From assembly GCA_040376005.1 (NCBI GenBank), contig JBEIRK010000002.1, forward strand, positions 1 to 51,653: DNA of 51,653 bases. Direction: 5' to 3'. The notes beneath the pieces were generated by a model that was given only the letters and a program-made list of their open reading frames with translations, made no database searches and was not told where the DNA came from. Each line of letters begins with the position of its first letter. Position 1 is the stretch's first letter. This DNA comes from Flavobacteriales bacterium (GTDB lineage Bacteria; Bacteroidota; Bacteroidia; NS11-12g; UBA955). Position numbers and translations under genes: made by a program. Positions 17,752 through 29,000 of the stretch are shown in pieces.

Positions 17752-17916
17752 AATTGATTTTCAGACGAATACGCAAAATGCATTATTTTTTCTCAATTAC
17801 AAAATTCAAACAGAAATGAATGGAGAATTTTCATCTTGCAGGCTTTCTTACCCTAAGGGTTTTAACCTAAAATATTGTGGGGAAAATGATGAAAATACAC
17901 TGACCAGAATTTTTGC

Positions 17917-19410
17917 TTACTGTCTGCGCTGCAGCAGTGTAACTTTGCCACCCGTCGACAATGGGGTACTTGCTACTTCTGCATATTCATTGCAGATTAC
18001 GGTATCCAATCCACTATCTGTATACATTTCAGCCCAGTTCTCAGAACGGATTACATATTTGGGTTTATCAGCCATGAATTCTTGGACCATTTCGTCCAGT
18101 TGAAACTTGAACTTTTTACCTGGGATTCGAACCCAATGAAAGGGGTAGGGAATGGAATAGCGAAGTTTGGCATCTCCCCGGGCGCGCAGCAAATAGCCTC
18201 CGATATCTTTGCTGGCTATGGCTACATGGCGTGGGGTCTGGAATTCGTACGTATTTAAATATTCAACAACAGGATCTTTGTATTCTTTTTCTGGAATAAA
18301 TTTAATATTTTCAAACGGATTTTTGGCGATGAATATATATATTAAAATAACGGCAGAAAACACATAGCTTAACACAGGCCTTTCGATTTTGGGGAAGCGA
18401 GCAGGAATAAGACATAATCCTGAAATTATGATGATTAAGGTGCTTGGAAAACCTTGTATATAATAATGAAAAAAATAGCTTCCTGACATGCCTTCTGCAA
18501 CATAGTCAAAGAGTTGTTGTCCCAATAATAGCATTCCTATTATTCTAAATTTACGCTGTGATAACAGGGAAATAAGTGCGATACACCAAATGCCAAAAGC
18601 TACCCAATGATTTATCTGAAACGCACCAAAAAAGTATTTGAAATTATGGCCCATTTTAACTTCAAATGGGACATAATGCAATAAGGCCGCATAGTGCCTG
18701 CTATACTGGAGTTGCTCTTTATATCCAGGCCAGCTCCCTGTCAGTGCCAATGCATTGCATATGAACAGGGCTGGGACCAAAAAAGACAAGGAATAGGCAA
18801 TAAAACCGCGCCACTCACTTTTATTCTTGATGGATAGAGCCAATAGGTATATGCCTAGCGGAACAGCTGAAAAAATAAAAGGTTCTTTAAACCAAATAGA
18901 AATTCCTGAAAGTATACCAGAGCCTACTACGAATCGAATATCTTTAGTAGATATATATTGTATAAAAAATAACAAACTAGCACTACTGAATAAAACCCCG
19001 TATTGCTCGGTATAGTTACCACTTCCAAGTAGAAACACAGAAAAAAATGTGCAAATAAATAAAGCAGTACCTGTAAATGAGGCGATAATATCGTGTGTAA
19101 TTTTTTTAAGGATAAAAAATACTACTGCTGTTTGCAAGAGAGTAAAAAACAAACTCCCATAAGCGATGGCATTTTCTGTAGGCCCAAATAAGGTGATGAA
19201 TGCCAAATTTAGGTAATAAATAAGTGGGGGTTTATGGTCCCATATTTCAGCATACAGCGTTTTCCCTTGCTGCATTTGCCAAGCAAAAGATTGGAATAAG
19301 CCTGGGTCTGGGTCTGTAACCCTAGAGATTAAACCCGAAACCCGCAACCAGGTAAACAAGAGCAAAACAAGCAGCGCTATCGCGTCAATCCACTTGTTTT
19401 TTTGAAGCAT
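17917..19410 (-). CDS. Polytopic membrane glycosyltransferase (ArnT/PMT, GT39/GT83-like)
   Basis: 497 aa, multi-TM. The N-terminal loop with DHKPPLIYYL is typical of the ArnT/PMT_2 family. There is a 3-nt gap to kbl. Confidence 0.5.
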   Translation of the reverse strand: MLQKNKWIDAIALLVLLLFTWLRVSGLISRVTDPDPGLFQSFAWQMQQGKTLYAEIWDHKPPLIYYLNLAFITLFGPTENAIAYGSLFFTLLQTAVVFFILKKITHDIIASFTGTALFICTFFSVFLLGSGNYTEQYGVLFSSASLLFFIQYISTKDIRFVVGSGILSGISIWFKEPFIFSAVPLGIYLLALSIKNKSEWRGFIAYSLSFLVPALFICNALALTGSWPGYKEQLQYSRHYAALLHYVPFEVKMGHNFKYFFGAFQINHWVAFGIWCIALISLLSQRKFRIIGMLLLGQQLFDYVAEGMSGSYFFHYYIQGFPSTLIIIISGLCLIPARFPKIERPVLSYVFSAVILIYIFIAKNPFENIKFIPEKEYKDPVVEYLNTYEFQTPRHVAIASKDIGGYLLRARGDAKLRYSIPYPFHWVRIPGKKFKFQLDEMVQEFMADKPKYVIRSENWAEMYTDSGLDTVICNEYAEVASTPLSTGGKVTLLQRRQ

Positions 19411-19413
19411 ACT

Positions 19414-20610
19414 TTAAGAGATAATATTGAGTTCTCTTGCTACTTTGGCAAACGCAGCAACAGCCTTATCAATATGTTCGGGTTCATGTGCTGCTGAAAG
19501 TTGCACACGAATACGCGCTTGACCTTTAGGCACTACCGGGTAGTAGAAACCAATCACGTAGATGCCCTCATCAAGGAGTTTTTCTGCCATAACTTGGCTT
19601 AATTTGGCATCGTACAGCATAATCGGAACGATGGCACTTTCGCCGTCTTTATAATCCAATCCTGCAGCTTTAACACCTGCTTTGAAGCGTTTTACATTGT
19701 CTTCCAGTTTGTCGCGCAGGGCGGTGGTTTCGGTGAGCATTTTAAATACTTCCAAACTTGCACCCACAATACTTGGAGCCAAAGAGTTGGAGAAAAGGTA
19801 GGGTCTGCTGCGTTGGCGAAGCATGTCAATGATTTCTTTTCTGCCTGTGGTATAGCCTCCCATAGCGCCGCCTAGGGCCTTGCCCAAGGTGCCGGTAATA
19901 ATATCTACACGGCCCATAACATCGCAATATTCTGGAACACCACGGCCTGTTTTACCTATAAATCCTGCTGCGTGGCATTCATCGGTCATCACCATGGCAT
20001 TGTATTTATCTGCAAGGTCGCAGATTTTATCCAATTGGGCTACATAGCCGTCCATGCTGAATACGCCATCGGTAACAATAAGTTTAAACCGCGCACCAGC
20101 TTGATCTGCTGCCTGCAATTGGGCCTCAAGGTCAGCCATATCATTATTGCCGTAGCGGTAGCGCATCGCCTTGCACAGGCGCACCCCATCAATAATAGAG
20201 GCGTGGTTTAGGGAATCGCTAATGATGGCATCTTGCTCACCCAGCAGGGGTTCAAATACGCCGCCGTTGGCATCAAAGGCTGCTGCATAGAGAATGGTAT
20301 CTTCAGTGCCGTAGAATTCGGCAATTTTGGCTTCAAGCTCTTTATGAATATCTTGGGTACCGCAGATAAAACGCACGGAGCTCATGCCAAAACCATGGGT
20401 GTCTATGGCGCGTTTTGCCGCATCCACGATGCGCGGGTGGCTGCTCAATCCAAGGTAGTTGTTGGCACAGAAGTTTATCACTTCGCTACCGTCACTAAGC
20501 CGAATAACGGCATCTTGAGGGGTGGTAATAATGCGTTCGCGCTTATAGAGTCCTGCTTCTTCAATCGACTCTAGTTCTGATTTAAGGAACTGCTTAAATT
20601 CTCCGTACAT
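19414..20610 (-). CDS. kbl: Glycine C-acetyltransferase (2-amino-3-ketobutyrate CoA ligase)
   Basis: 398 aa with class-II aminotransferase layout. The N-terminus [16 protein letters not shown] and the segments ...DECHA...GTLGKALGG are characteristic of Kbl. Confidence 0.9.
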   Translation of the reverse strand: MYGEFKQFLKSELESIEEAGLYKRERIITTPQDAVIRLSDGSEVINFCANNYLGLSSHPRIVDAAKRAIDTHGFGMSSVRFICGTQDIHKELEAKIAEFYGTEDTILYAAAFDANGGVFEPLLGEQDAIISDSLNHASIIDGVRLCKAMRYRYGNNDMADLEAQLQAADQAGARFKLIVTDGVFSMDGYVAQLDKICDLADKYNAMVMTDECHAAGFIGKTGRGVPEYCDVMGRVDIITGTLGKALGGAMGGYTTGRKEIIDMLRQRSRPYLFSNSLAPSIVGASLEVFKMLTETTALRDKLEDNVKRFKAGVKAAGLDYKDGESAIVPIMLYDAKLSQVMAEKLLDEGIYVIGFYYPVVPKGQARIRVQLSAAHEPEHIDKAVAAFAKVARELNIIS

Positions 20611-20676
20611 GCCGCGAAGATAGCAAATAGAAAATATATTCTCTCCGCGTCAGGCAGAGGTGGTGATGCTTATCTA

Positions 20677-21276
20677 TTACACGGTAGCAAATGCTAGAAA
20701 GAGCAAGGCTAAGAGAATGATACCCAAAATTAAGATTACTATGGGTATTACAATCGCCGCAATGGCTTTGCCACGGCCTCTGTATTTCCCGGGATTCTTT
20801 TTAATATTGCTTAGGCCAATGATGCCCAATACAAAGCCCGCAATCATTGCAAATCCAGCCAATATATTTACATAGGGTAGGAAACTGCCAATCAAACTGC
20901 CAATTACCATCCAAAAACCAATATTTGCATTCTTCTCTATGGGGAGTTGGTCGGGTTGGGGCGCGGCGGGCGTATCTGTGTATTTGCGCTGGGGAATGGC
21001 TTGTAGAAAAGACTTTCTAACTTTCTTATTCGGCTGAACTGCAGGGGTCTCTGTCACGATTGGGGCAGAGGGTGTTTCTGCTTTATTCTCATCCACATTG
21101 TTGTTGTCCAAGGTTTGCGGAGCTTCTTGGGTCTGAACCTGAACCTTAGGCTTAGAACTGGTTTTTTCAGGGAAGTTGCCTCCATAAGAAGGAGTATTCA
21201 CATAAGTGCGGCAACCCACAGCAAGGATTGAGGTCAACGCAAGGCATAAAAATAGTTTTGTATTCGTTTGCTTCAT
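20677..21276 (-). CDS. Lipoprotein with Pro/Thr/Gln-rich linker and C-terminal DUF4190-like double-TM region
   Basis: Lipobox LAVGC, a low-complexity linker, and a C-terminal pair of hydrophobic helices. Confidence 0.5.
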   Translation of the reverse strand: MKQTNTKLFLCLALTSILAVGCRTYVNTPSYGGNFPEKTSSKPKVQVQTQEAPQTLDNNNVDENKAETPSAPIVTETPAVQPNKKVRKSFLQAIPQRKYTDTPAAPQPDQLPIEKNANIGFWMVIGSLIGSFLPYVNILAGFAMIAGFVLGIIGLSNIKKNPGKYRGRGKAIAAIVIPIVILILGIILLALLFLAFATV

Positions 21277-21415
21277 AGTTCAAAGAAAGGGAATTTTGAG
21301 TCTATTTTCAAAATGAAAATGGTCGTACAAGTATTAAATGTGATTTGTTTTAAGGGTTGAGACGGCTACATTTTGGAAAATTTCCAATTTTTATGTGAGA
21401 TGTGAAGAAAATGTG

Positions 21416-21423
21416 TATCTTTG
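21416..21423 (+). promoter_or_regulatory. -7 promoter box (TATCTTTG) for rpsO
   Basis: TAnnTTTG match 22 nt before ATG 21445. The same GTATCTTTGCAG string also occurs upstream of miaB. Confidence 0.45.
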
Positions 21424-21444
21424 CAGCCCATTTGACGAAATACC

Positions 21445-21714
21445 ATGCAACTGACTGCAGAAAGTAAGAAAGACATATTTAAGAAATTCGGTGGATCTGA
21501 GAAGAACACTGGTAGCACTGAGGCTCAGGTAGCCATGTTTACCCAGCGCATCAACCACATCAGCGGACACTTGAAAGAGCAGCGCAAAGATAAAAGCGCA
21601 GAACTTTCTTTGATTAAGCTGGTAGGTAAGCGTCGCAGCCTGTTGAACTATCTTGCAAAGCAGGATATTTTCAAATACCGTGCTTTGATTAAAGAACTTG
21701 GACTGAGAAAGTAA
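21445..21714 (+). CDS. rpsO: 30S ribosomal protein S15
   Basis: 89 aa with GSTEAQVA...T.RI..L..H and LVGKRR.LL.YL, and the canonical rpsO-pnp linkage. Confidence 0.95.
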   Translation: MQLTAESKKDIFKKFGGSEKNTGSTEAQVAMFTQRINHISGHLKEQRKDKSAELSLIKLVGKRRSLLNYLAKQDIFKYRALIKELGLRK

Positions 21715-21748
21715 GTTTCTCTATCCTTTACGGATATTATAAAGAAAA

Positions 21749-21793
21749 GCCCCGTTCCTCTTGTAGCAATGCAAGAAGAAACGGGGTTTTTTG
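21749..21793 (+). terminator. Intrinsic terminator/attenuator between rpsO and pnp
   Basis: A long, slightly imperfect hairpin (CCCCGTTCCTCTTG loop CAAGAAGAAACGGGG) is followed by TTTTTT. Confidence 0.75.
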
Positions 21794-21811
21794 CTTAAAA
21801 GAAATTTAAAA

Positions 21812-24040
21812 ATGACACAGATATATAAAACCACCATTGACACCGGCAATGGTCAACTCATTGAGATTGAAACCGGTAAGTTGGCGCGTCAAGCCCATGG
21901 CTCATGCGTTGTAAAAGTGGGTAAAACCATGTTGTTGGCGACCGTAGTAAGTAACTATGACGCTAGAGAAGGTATTGATTTTCTTCCCCTTAGTGTAGAT
22001 TACCAAGAGAAATTCGCAGCTGTAGGCCGCATCCCTGGTAGCTTTTTGCGCCGTGAAGCAAGATTGAGTGATTACGAAATCTTGATCAGCCGTTTGGTGG
22101 ATCGCTGCTTGCGCCCCTTGTTCCCTGAAGATTATCATGCGGATACCCAAGTGATGATTACCCTTATCAGCAGTGATGAGAATATTTTGCCAGATTCTTA
22201 TGTTGGATTGGCCGCTTCTACTGCCTTGATGCTTTCTGATATTCCTTTCTTAGGACCTATCAGTGAAGTGCGCGTGGCACGTGTAGATGGTGCGTTTGTG
22301 ATTAACCCAACTAAAGAACAATTGGACCGTGCAGACATCGATATGATGGTAGGTGGCACAGCGCATGACTTGAACATGGTAGAAGGTGAAATGGCTGAAA
22401 TCAGTGAAGCTGAATTCTTGGAAGCCATTAAGTTTGGTCATGAAGCCATTAAAAAGCAGTGTGCTGCACAATTGGCATTCCTAGAGCAAATGGGCGGCCG
22501 CAAGCCAGTGCGTGAGTATAACCACGAAGACAATGATGCTGAACTGCGTGAGAAAGTGATTGCCGACAACTCAGCTGCCATTCGCGCAGTATGTGAAAGC
22601 GGCAGCAGCAAAAAAGAACGCACCGATGCATTCAAAGCCATCATTTCTGAATACGTAAAACAGTTTGAAGGACAAGAAGACAAAGATCGTTTGACGCGTT
22701 TGGCGAAAAAATACTACCACGAGGCGGAGTATAACCAAATGCGTGAAATGATTCTTGAAAGTGCAAAACGCCTCGACGGCCGCGCGACCAATCAAGTACG
22801 TCAAATCAATTGCGATATTGATTATCTCCCAGTAGCACACGGTTCAGCGGTGTTTACCCGTGGTGAAACCCAATCATTGACCACAGTTACTTTGGGTGGT
22901 AAATTGGACGAGCAACTCCTGGATGCACCTATGTTGCATGGATATAGCCGTTTGATGTTGCACTACAACTTCCCTGCATTTAGCACAGGTGAATCTAGAC
23001 CCAACCGTGGTCCAGGACGCCGTGAAATCGGGCATGGTAACTTGGCATTGCGTGGTTTGAAAGCCATGTTACCAAAGGATGTGCCGTATGTAATCCGTAT
23101 TGTATCTGATATCTTAGAATCAAATGGTTCTAGCTCTATGGCTACGGTGTGCGCAGGTTCTATGGCATTGATGGATAGCGGTATCAAATTGATAAAGCCA
23201 GTAGGCGGTATTGCTATGGGTTTGATTACCGATGAGAATACAGGCAAATACACAGTATTAAGTGATATTTTGGGCGATGAAGATCACCTTGGGGATATGG
23301 ACTTTAAAGTAGTAGGTACCAAGGATGGAATTACTGCCTGCCAAATGGACATTAAGATCAATGGTCTGAAGTGGGAAATGGTAGAAAAGGCCTTGGCCCA
23401 AGCTAGAGAAGGCAGATTACATATTTTGGGAGAAATGGACAAAGCCATTACCCAACCCGCTGCTGATTTGAAGCCACATGCTCCACGTGTAGAGGTGATT
23501 GTTATTGATAAAGAGTTTATTGGCGCGGTAATCGGACCGGGTGGTAAAATCATTCAAGACATTCAAGCAAGAACAGGCACTACGATTAGCATTGAAGAAC
23601 GCGAAGGCAAAGGTTTTGTAGAAATCTTGTCGGCCAATGGAGATAGCATGCAGCAGGCTGTGAATATTGTAAAAGGTATTGTTCAGGTTCCTGAAGAGGG
23701 TTCTGTTTACAAGGGTAAAGTGAAAAACATTATGGATTTCGGTGCCTTTGTTGAGTTTCTGCCAGGCAAAGATGGATTGTTGCACATCAGCGAAATTTCT
23801 TACGACCGTGTGAACAGCATGGAAGGTGTATTCACCGAAGGACAAGAGTTGGAAGTAAAGCTTATCGAGGTTGACAAGAAGACGGGCAAATACCGTTTGA
23901 GCCGCAAAGCTTTATTGCCAAAGCCTGAGGGTTATGTAGAACCTGAAAAGCGTGAAAGACGTGAAGGTGGAGACCGTGGTGGCCGCGAAAACCGTGGTCC
24001 AAGAGACAACCGCGGGGGCGACAGAGGTCCACGTAACTAA
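21812..24040 (+). CDS. pnp: Polyribonucleotide nucleotidyltransferase (PNPase)
   Basis: Two RNase PH domains plus KH (GPGGKIIQ) and S1 (GKVKNIMDFGAFVEF) domains. I set the start at ATG 21812 (MTQIYKTT) because the ORF-track TTG at 21791 lies inside the rpsO terminator. Confidence 0.95.
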   Translation: MTQIYKTTIDTGNGQLIEIETGKLARQAHGSCVVKVGKTMLLATVVSNYDAREGIDFLPLSVDYQEKFAAVGRIPGSFLRREARLSDYEILISRLVDRCLRPLFPEDYHADTQVMITLISSDENILPDSYVGLAASTALMLSDIPFLGPISEVRVARVDGAFVINPTKEQLDRADIDMMVGGTAHDLNMVEGEMAEISEAEFLEAIKFGHEAIKKQCAAQLAFLEQMGGRKPVREYNHEDNDAELREKVIADNSAAIRAVCESGSSKKERTDAFKAIISEYVKQFEGQEDKDRLTRLAKKYYHEAEYNQMREMILESAKRLDGRATNQVRQINCDIDYLPVAHGSAVFTRGETQSLTTVTLGGKLDEQLLDAPMLHGYSRLMLHYNFPAFSTGESRPNRGPGRREIGHGNLALRGLKAMLPKDVPYVIRIVSDILESNGSSSMATVCAGSMALMDSGIKLIKPVGGIAMGLITDENTGKYTVLSDILGDEDHLGDMDFKVVGTKDGITACQMDIKINGLKWEMVEKALAQAREGRLHILGEMDKAITQPAADLKPHAPRVEVIVIDKEFIGAVIGPGGKIIQDIQARTGTTISIEEREGKGFVEILSANGDSMQQAVNIVKGIVQVPEEGSVYKGKVKNIMDFGAFVEFLPGKDGLLHISEISYDRVNSMEGVFTEGQELEVKLIEVDKKTGKYRLSRKALLPKPEGYVEPEKRERREGGDRGGRENRGPRDNRGGDRGPRN

Positions 24041-24055
24041 TAAATTGTAATCCAT

Positions 24056-24087
24056 AAAAAACCCGGCCTAGGTCGGGTTTTTTTATT
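24056..24087 (+). terminator. Intrinsic terminator after pnp
   Basis: AAAAACCCGGCCTAGGTCGGGTTTTTTT: a GC stem (ACCCG/CGGGT) followed by a T7 run. Confidence 0.7.
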
Positions 24088-24303
24088 GATTATAACAGTT
24101 GCTCAAGCTTCACATTCCTGAAGTAACTTGAAAAGAAAGCAGAGAAAGAGCAAAAAAGCAAAGGTTTTGATTTGAGATCTTTAAAAACACTTTTTGTATT
24201 TGCAAATAAGAGGGTTGAGGTAAAATAGCACATTTGATTTTGTGTAAATTTGCTTTTTTGATTTATTTTGTTATCTTGCATTTGCAAAATATTTACCCAA
24301 AAT

Positions 24304-25977
24304 ATGAAAATCATGAATCCACAATCAGTTCCAACTTGGAACAACAGTTGCAAGGGATGGCTTTTGCTGTCTATTGCCATTTTAAGTTGTGTGACTTCCT
24401 TAAAAGCTTGGAATAAGGTGTGGGAAAGCACTGGTACCAATGAGGAGGGCACCTGCCGAAGCCCAATAATTTGCCGTAATTTGACAAATGATGGTATTGT
24501 TACCGCCAGTTATTGGCTTTGTCCGAATTTGACTTCATTTAATAAATATGAAATGAAATTCCTTGAAACGGATGATAATGGGAATGATGTTAATCGTAGT
24601 GAACATTATTTCGAATATGGAAATTCATCGCCTGCGCCATTTAATAATTATGTTCAGCGTTTTGAGCTTCATCGCATTATAGCGGATGGAGCCAATGATC
24701 GTTATTTGGTATTGGCAACTGCACACAATCCAGCCAATGTAAGCATGGTTTCTTCTTATATTATAGAATTGGACAACGCTTTGGCCTTTGTTTCCGTTCA
24801 CTTGTTAAGTGGTTATTATCAATACTGGGATATGGCCATTGCGCCTCTAAGTGGAGACATTATTACCTGCGGTTTTAACAGTTCCAATTTAGGACTAACT
24901 TGCAGTACACGAGTGGCCGTAATTATGGTGATGAATAGTTCATTTACTGCTCAAAATACCTATGAATTTCCTGCTTCTGTCCCTTCAGCAGGCAATGTGC
25001 CTCGTTTTGACAATGCAAAATGCCTTAAAATATGGGATGATGGAACTAATGAATATGTAGCAGTTGCTGGAAATTTAACCGCAGAAATAAACAGAATGCC
25101 AGGTTTGGAATATTACCCTAAGGTTTTTATGGCAAGGTTTACACTCAGTTCTGGCGCTTTAACGCAAACATGGATGAAACAATTGGATGCCAGTACGACC
25201 GAGCAAATGATACCTGCAGATTTATTAATCGACGTAAATGAAGAATTAATCACAACCGTAGGCAGTTCGTCTACCGATTTAAGTGCAGAGGAGGCCCGAA
25301 TATGGCAAGTTGATTTTAGTGGAAATGGGGTATTAGAAGGCACTTGGGAAGGAATAGGCATTACTTATCCCTATACATTTAAAGTGCACAATGTAAGGCC
25401 CTATTCAATAGCTATATTAAACAACGGAAATTATAGAATTACAGGCTGGGCAGATAATTATTATTTTACTTCACCTGGCGTAAGCAACAGATACAATTTT
25501 TTTTCTGTTGATTTTGATCCTGTGAACCAAACCTTTGGAGATATAGATGTTTATTTGGGCAATAGCAACGGTTATTCAACTATATTTGGAACTGGATTTT
25601 ATGCAGTAGATGCGCAGCTTAGCTATTATTATAATTCCACTACTTGTTACTTAGCGTCTTACCATACGCCCCAATTTCATGTAACATGGTATGATGGTGA
25701 GAATCAGCAGAGTGCTTGGGCATGGCCACAAATCCCGAATCCTTCTACAAACAATAATCAACATCAACTTAGAATACGATGTACCATAGCTGGTACCGGC
25801 GATGGCAGCAATTGTGATGCTTTTGCCTCAGAAACGGACATTAGTTTGAATACGAATCCAAATACTTCTAACCCGGGCAATTGGGGTTCAGTGGATAACC
25901 AAGCGATTGGAGTGCCTAGAGACGACGTGCATAATAGACCAATGACTGGAAGTGCTTGCAGTGGGTCTTATAACTAA
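24304..25977 (+). CDS. Exported hypothetical protein (family unknown, no T9SS CTD seen)
   Basis: Start chosen at ATG 24304 (MKIMNPQ...). Hydrophobic signal segment GWLLLSIAILSCVTSLKA. ~557 aa rich in Asn, Tyr and Trp. It lies 41 nt upstream of the 1366-aa T9SS cargo gene. Confidence 0.5.
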   Translation: MKIMNPQSVPTWNNSCKGWLLLSIAILSCVTSLKAWNKVWESTGTNEEGTCRSPIICRNLTNDGIVTASYWLCPNLTSFNKYEMKFLETDDNGNDVNRSEHYFEYGNSSPAPFNNYVQRFELHRIIADGANDRYLVLATAHNPANVSMVSSYIIELDNALAFVSVHLLSGYYQYWDMAIAPLSGDIITCGFNSSNLGLTCSTRVAVIMVMNSSFTAQNTYEFPASVPSAGNVPRFDNAKCLKIWDDGTNEYVAVAGNLTAEINRMPGLEYYPKVFMARFTLSSGALTQTWMKQLDASTTEQMIPADLLIDVNEELITTVGSSSTDLSAEEARIWQVDFSGNGVLEGTWEGIGITYPYTFKVHNVRPYSIAILNNGNYRITGWADNYYFTSPGVSNRYNFFSVDFDPVNQTFGDIDVYLGNSNGYSTIFGTGFYAVDAQLSYYYNSTTCYLASYHTPQFHVTWYDGENQQSAWAWPQIPNPSTNNNQHQLRIRCTIAGTGDGSNCDAFASETDISLNTNPNTSNPGNWGSVDNQAIGVPRDDVHNRPMTGSACSGSYN

Positions 25978-26018
25978 GGGTAATTCGGGCTTGATTTAAT
26001 ATTACAAGATTTTTAGAA

Positions 26019-29000
26019 ATGGGAAATAACATTTTTGTATTTGTTTTATTGAGTGTTATTTCATTTCATAAACTCGTGGGGCAATATGTTTACTCTGTAT
26101 CTTATCCAAGCCTTAATACTATTGTTCCATCTGGTAACGGTGAACAGAAAAGTGTACAAGTTTATCTTTATATTTCTGGAAAAGCAAATACTGCTTATAA
26201 ATTATACTACAGCGGTTCCAAGGATACTTTTATTGGGAAATTAAGCAGCAAGGGGTGCGATACAATTACTATAGATTCTGCCACAAAAATGACTTCCTTT
26301 GTGTATGTAAAGCCAAATATTCCTGCGAGTTTTACAAATTATCTCCCAAATAGAGTCCTGTGTTTTAATTCTGCAGCACCTGCAAATGTTCAGGGCTTTT
26401 TAGAGTATCAGACAGAACCGTGGGATGGTGGTAAAAATAGTTTGAAAAGTAGAGTTCAACAGTTAGAGTTGAGTGGCTACGCAAATTGCAATAATAATTT
26501 TAGCCCAAATTACCATGGCAGTGTGTTTCCATGTTTTGCCGGAAATGCCCTAACATTAAAATTTAAGAAACACACATTTCTCTCGGTTAATTCATATACT
26601 CCAATACTATTTAAGAATTATCCATGGTGGTTTTATGGCAGTCGTCAAATACTGCAGGTAATCTGCAACAGCGATTCGGCAATTGTGGAAATTACAGGAA
26701 GTGTTGATTTGCTAAATGGACAAGCGAAGGGTAAGCCGGATACGCAGATTATTAAGAAGGGGCAGATGCTATACTTGGGTGCCGACAAAGGCAATATGAG
26801 TGGTACCCAAGTGCGCACCCTGAATTGCTCGGATGTGCGTGTGTACAGTGGAGCCTATCATAGCCCCAGAGAAATGCTATGGGAGAAACAGTATAACAAG
26901 CCGGATTCTCCATATACAGAGTCGGATGCCATGCTCCAAGCCATTTATTATTCCGAAATTAGACCTTCAACAGAATACGGGTATAGGTACCTAATACCCC
27001 AATATAAAGTTATGGGTGATACACTTGCATGGTGGTACATGAATATGGCTAAAGACCTAGGGCAACCCAAATGGGGTTTGGATGGGATAAAACCGGGGTA
27101 TTCCAGTGTGCAGGTAATGGCCTTGCAAAACAATACAAAGGTTAAGATTAATGGGCGCAACCGCACCTTAAAGAACAAGGGTGATTTCTTTGGAGATAGT
27201 GTGCAATGGGTGGGTTACATAGAATCTGACAAGCCCGTAAATGCAGTGTGGTACTGCGCGCCCATGTGCGGGCATGGTAGTTATATGCTGCCCGCATTGG
27301 ATATAGATCGAATATCCAAAGATACCCAGTCATTGCCGTGCTTTTGGGGTTACAACAGCAAAATACGCAGACCTTGGAAGGGGCCTGTAGCCTACGTATT
27401 TGCACCAGGCTCTGGAAAGCCGGAGGTTTGGATCAATGGCCGTAAAAAAAAGTTAGAACAACGCTGCCCATGGATGGGTGAACAATGGTATTTTGATACC
27501 ATTGTGTTGTTGCATAATTTCAACAACCGCATACACAGCAAAAATGGTTGTATGGGGGTATACTCCTTTGAGTTTTACGGATTGAACTCGCAGCGGGCTT
27601 TTGTATTCGGCACCGATGCAGAAACGCCGCAACTGCGTCTGCGCATCAATGGGCAGTGGAATATGAGCCCTTTAGAGCCCATGCAATTATGCCAAAATAC
27701 AGCAGCAAAGTTAGAAGCGGTTACTGCCTGGTATACTCCCAAAACTGTTCAATGGCTGCTACCGGGCGGCAAAACAGATACGGGCAGCACAATAAACTTT
27801 ATTTTTAGAGATACGGGTTTACAAACCATTACCATTATCAGTGAAAGTCCGGCAGCGGATTGTGATATACAGCGCCATTATGACACACTTCATGGTAAGG
27901 TGTATGTTTATAGTATACCCAAATTTTCATTGGGCACAGACACCACCCTTTGCCAAGGCACAGCCATAACACTGTACAGCAGCCGCAGCGAGCTGCCTCG
28001 TCCAGTGTGGCGCGAAAAGGATAGTTTATTATGCCAAAGTTGTGATAGCTTAAAAATACAAGCCACTAGGACAAGAACGATAACGGGCAGTGTAAGCAAG
28101 GTAGGTTGTGCAGTGCAGCGCGATACGATAGTGGTGCGGACATTGGATAGTTTGCAAATTAAAATAGACTTGCCACAAGGCTTTGAATACTGTTTTGGCC
28201 AAGTCGTGCAAGCCAAGCTGCTTATAAACAATACGACCAATATAGAAGGCTTGTACCATGTGAATTGGAACTTGGCCGCTGGCTCAGATTCGGGCTTGCT
28301 CACCCATGCAGATAGCAGCAAATGGCTGAGAGTAGAAGTATCAGACCGCTGTGGCACGATTTATAAAGACAGTGCTTATATCAAGGTGTATGCACCCTTG
28401 TCTCTATTTTTAAATACGGATACAACACTGTGTTACAACAGCAAATACAAACCCCAATTTGCAGTGTTTGGTGGGCACTTAGACAGCATTTACACGCTGA
28501 GTTGGAACGGGAAGCCGGGTATCCCTGACTTTGAAACTCAGAGAGATACCCAAATACTGGCTATATTGACAGATGGATGCAGCGTTGCAGACACTCAACG
28601 TATAGCGATAAAGGTACACCCAAAGCTGGAAATAGCGCTAAAAACGCTTCCAGATACTTGGTGCTATAGGCAATCGCTGCCAATAATAGCCACGGCCATG
28701 GGTGGAGATACAAATCAGTACGCTTGGTCCTTGTATAGCAGCCTTGCGAAACTAGACACAACAACAGGCCCCGCCTTTGCAACAACCCAAACGAGCAAGA
28801 ATGCAGGGTATTATACCTTAAAACTTTACAACCGCTGTGGCAGCGCAGATACAACAGTCAAAAGTCAATGGCTCAAATACATTCACATCAGCCTGCAACA
28901 CGGGGATACACTTTGTCCGGGAATAGCAGATACATTGCAGGGAGATTTGGGTGCTTCTGGAACCTTATACGCCAAGCGAGGGGGTTTTGTAGATAGCCTA

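Noticed and set aside
17543-18103. 186-aa plus-strand ORF spanning the 17752-17916 spacer
   Set aside because: Both of its ends are antisense to strongly supported genes (a permease and a glycosyltransferase). It is probably a chance open frame across an AT-rich spacer.
21902-23845. A series of 60-142-aa minus-strand ORFs inside pnp
   Set aside because: They are antisense to a highly conserved PNPase reading frame and show no motifs.
24090-24452. 120-aa minus-strand ORF downstream of pnp
   Set aside because: It overlaps the promoter and signal-peptide region of the 24304 gene in antisense. It is AT-rich and low-complexity, with no signal or motif.
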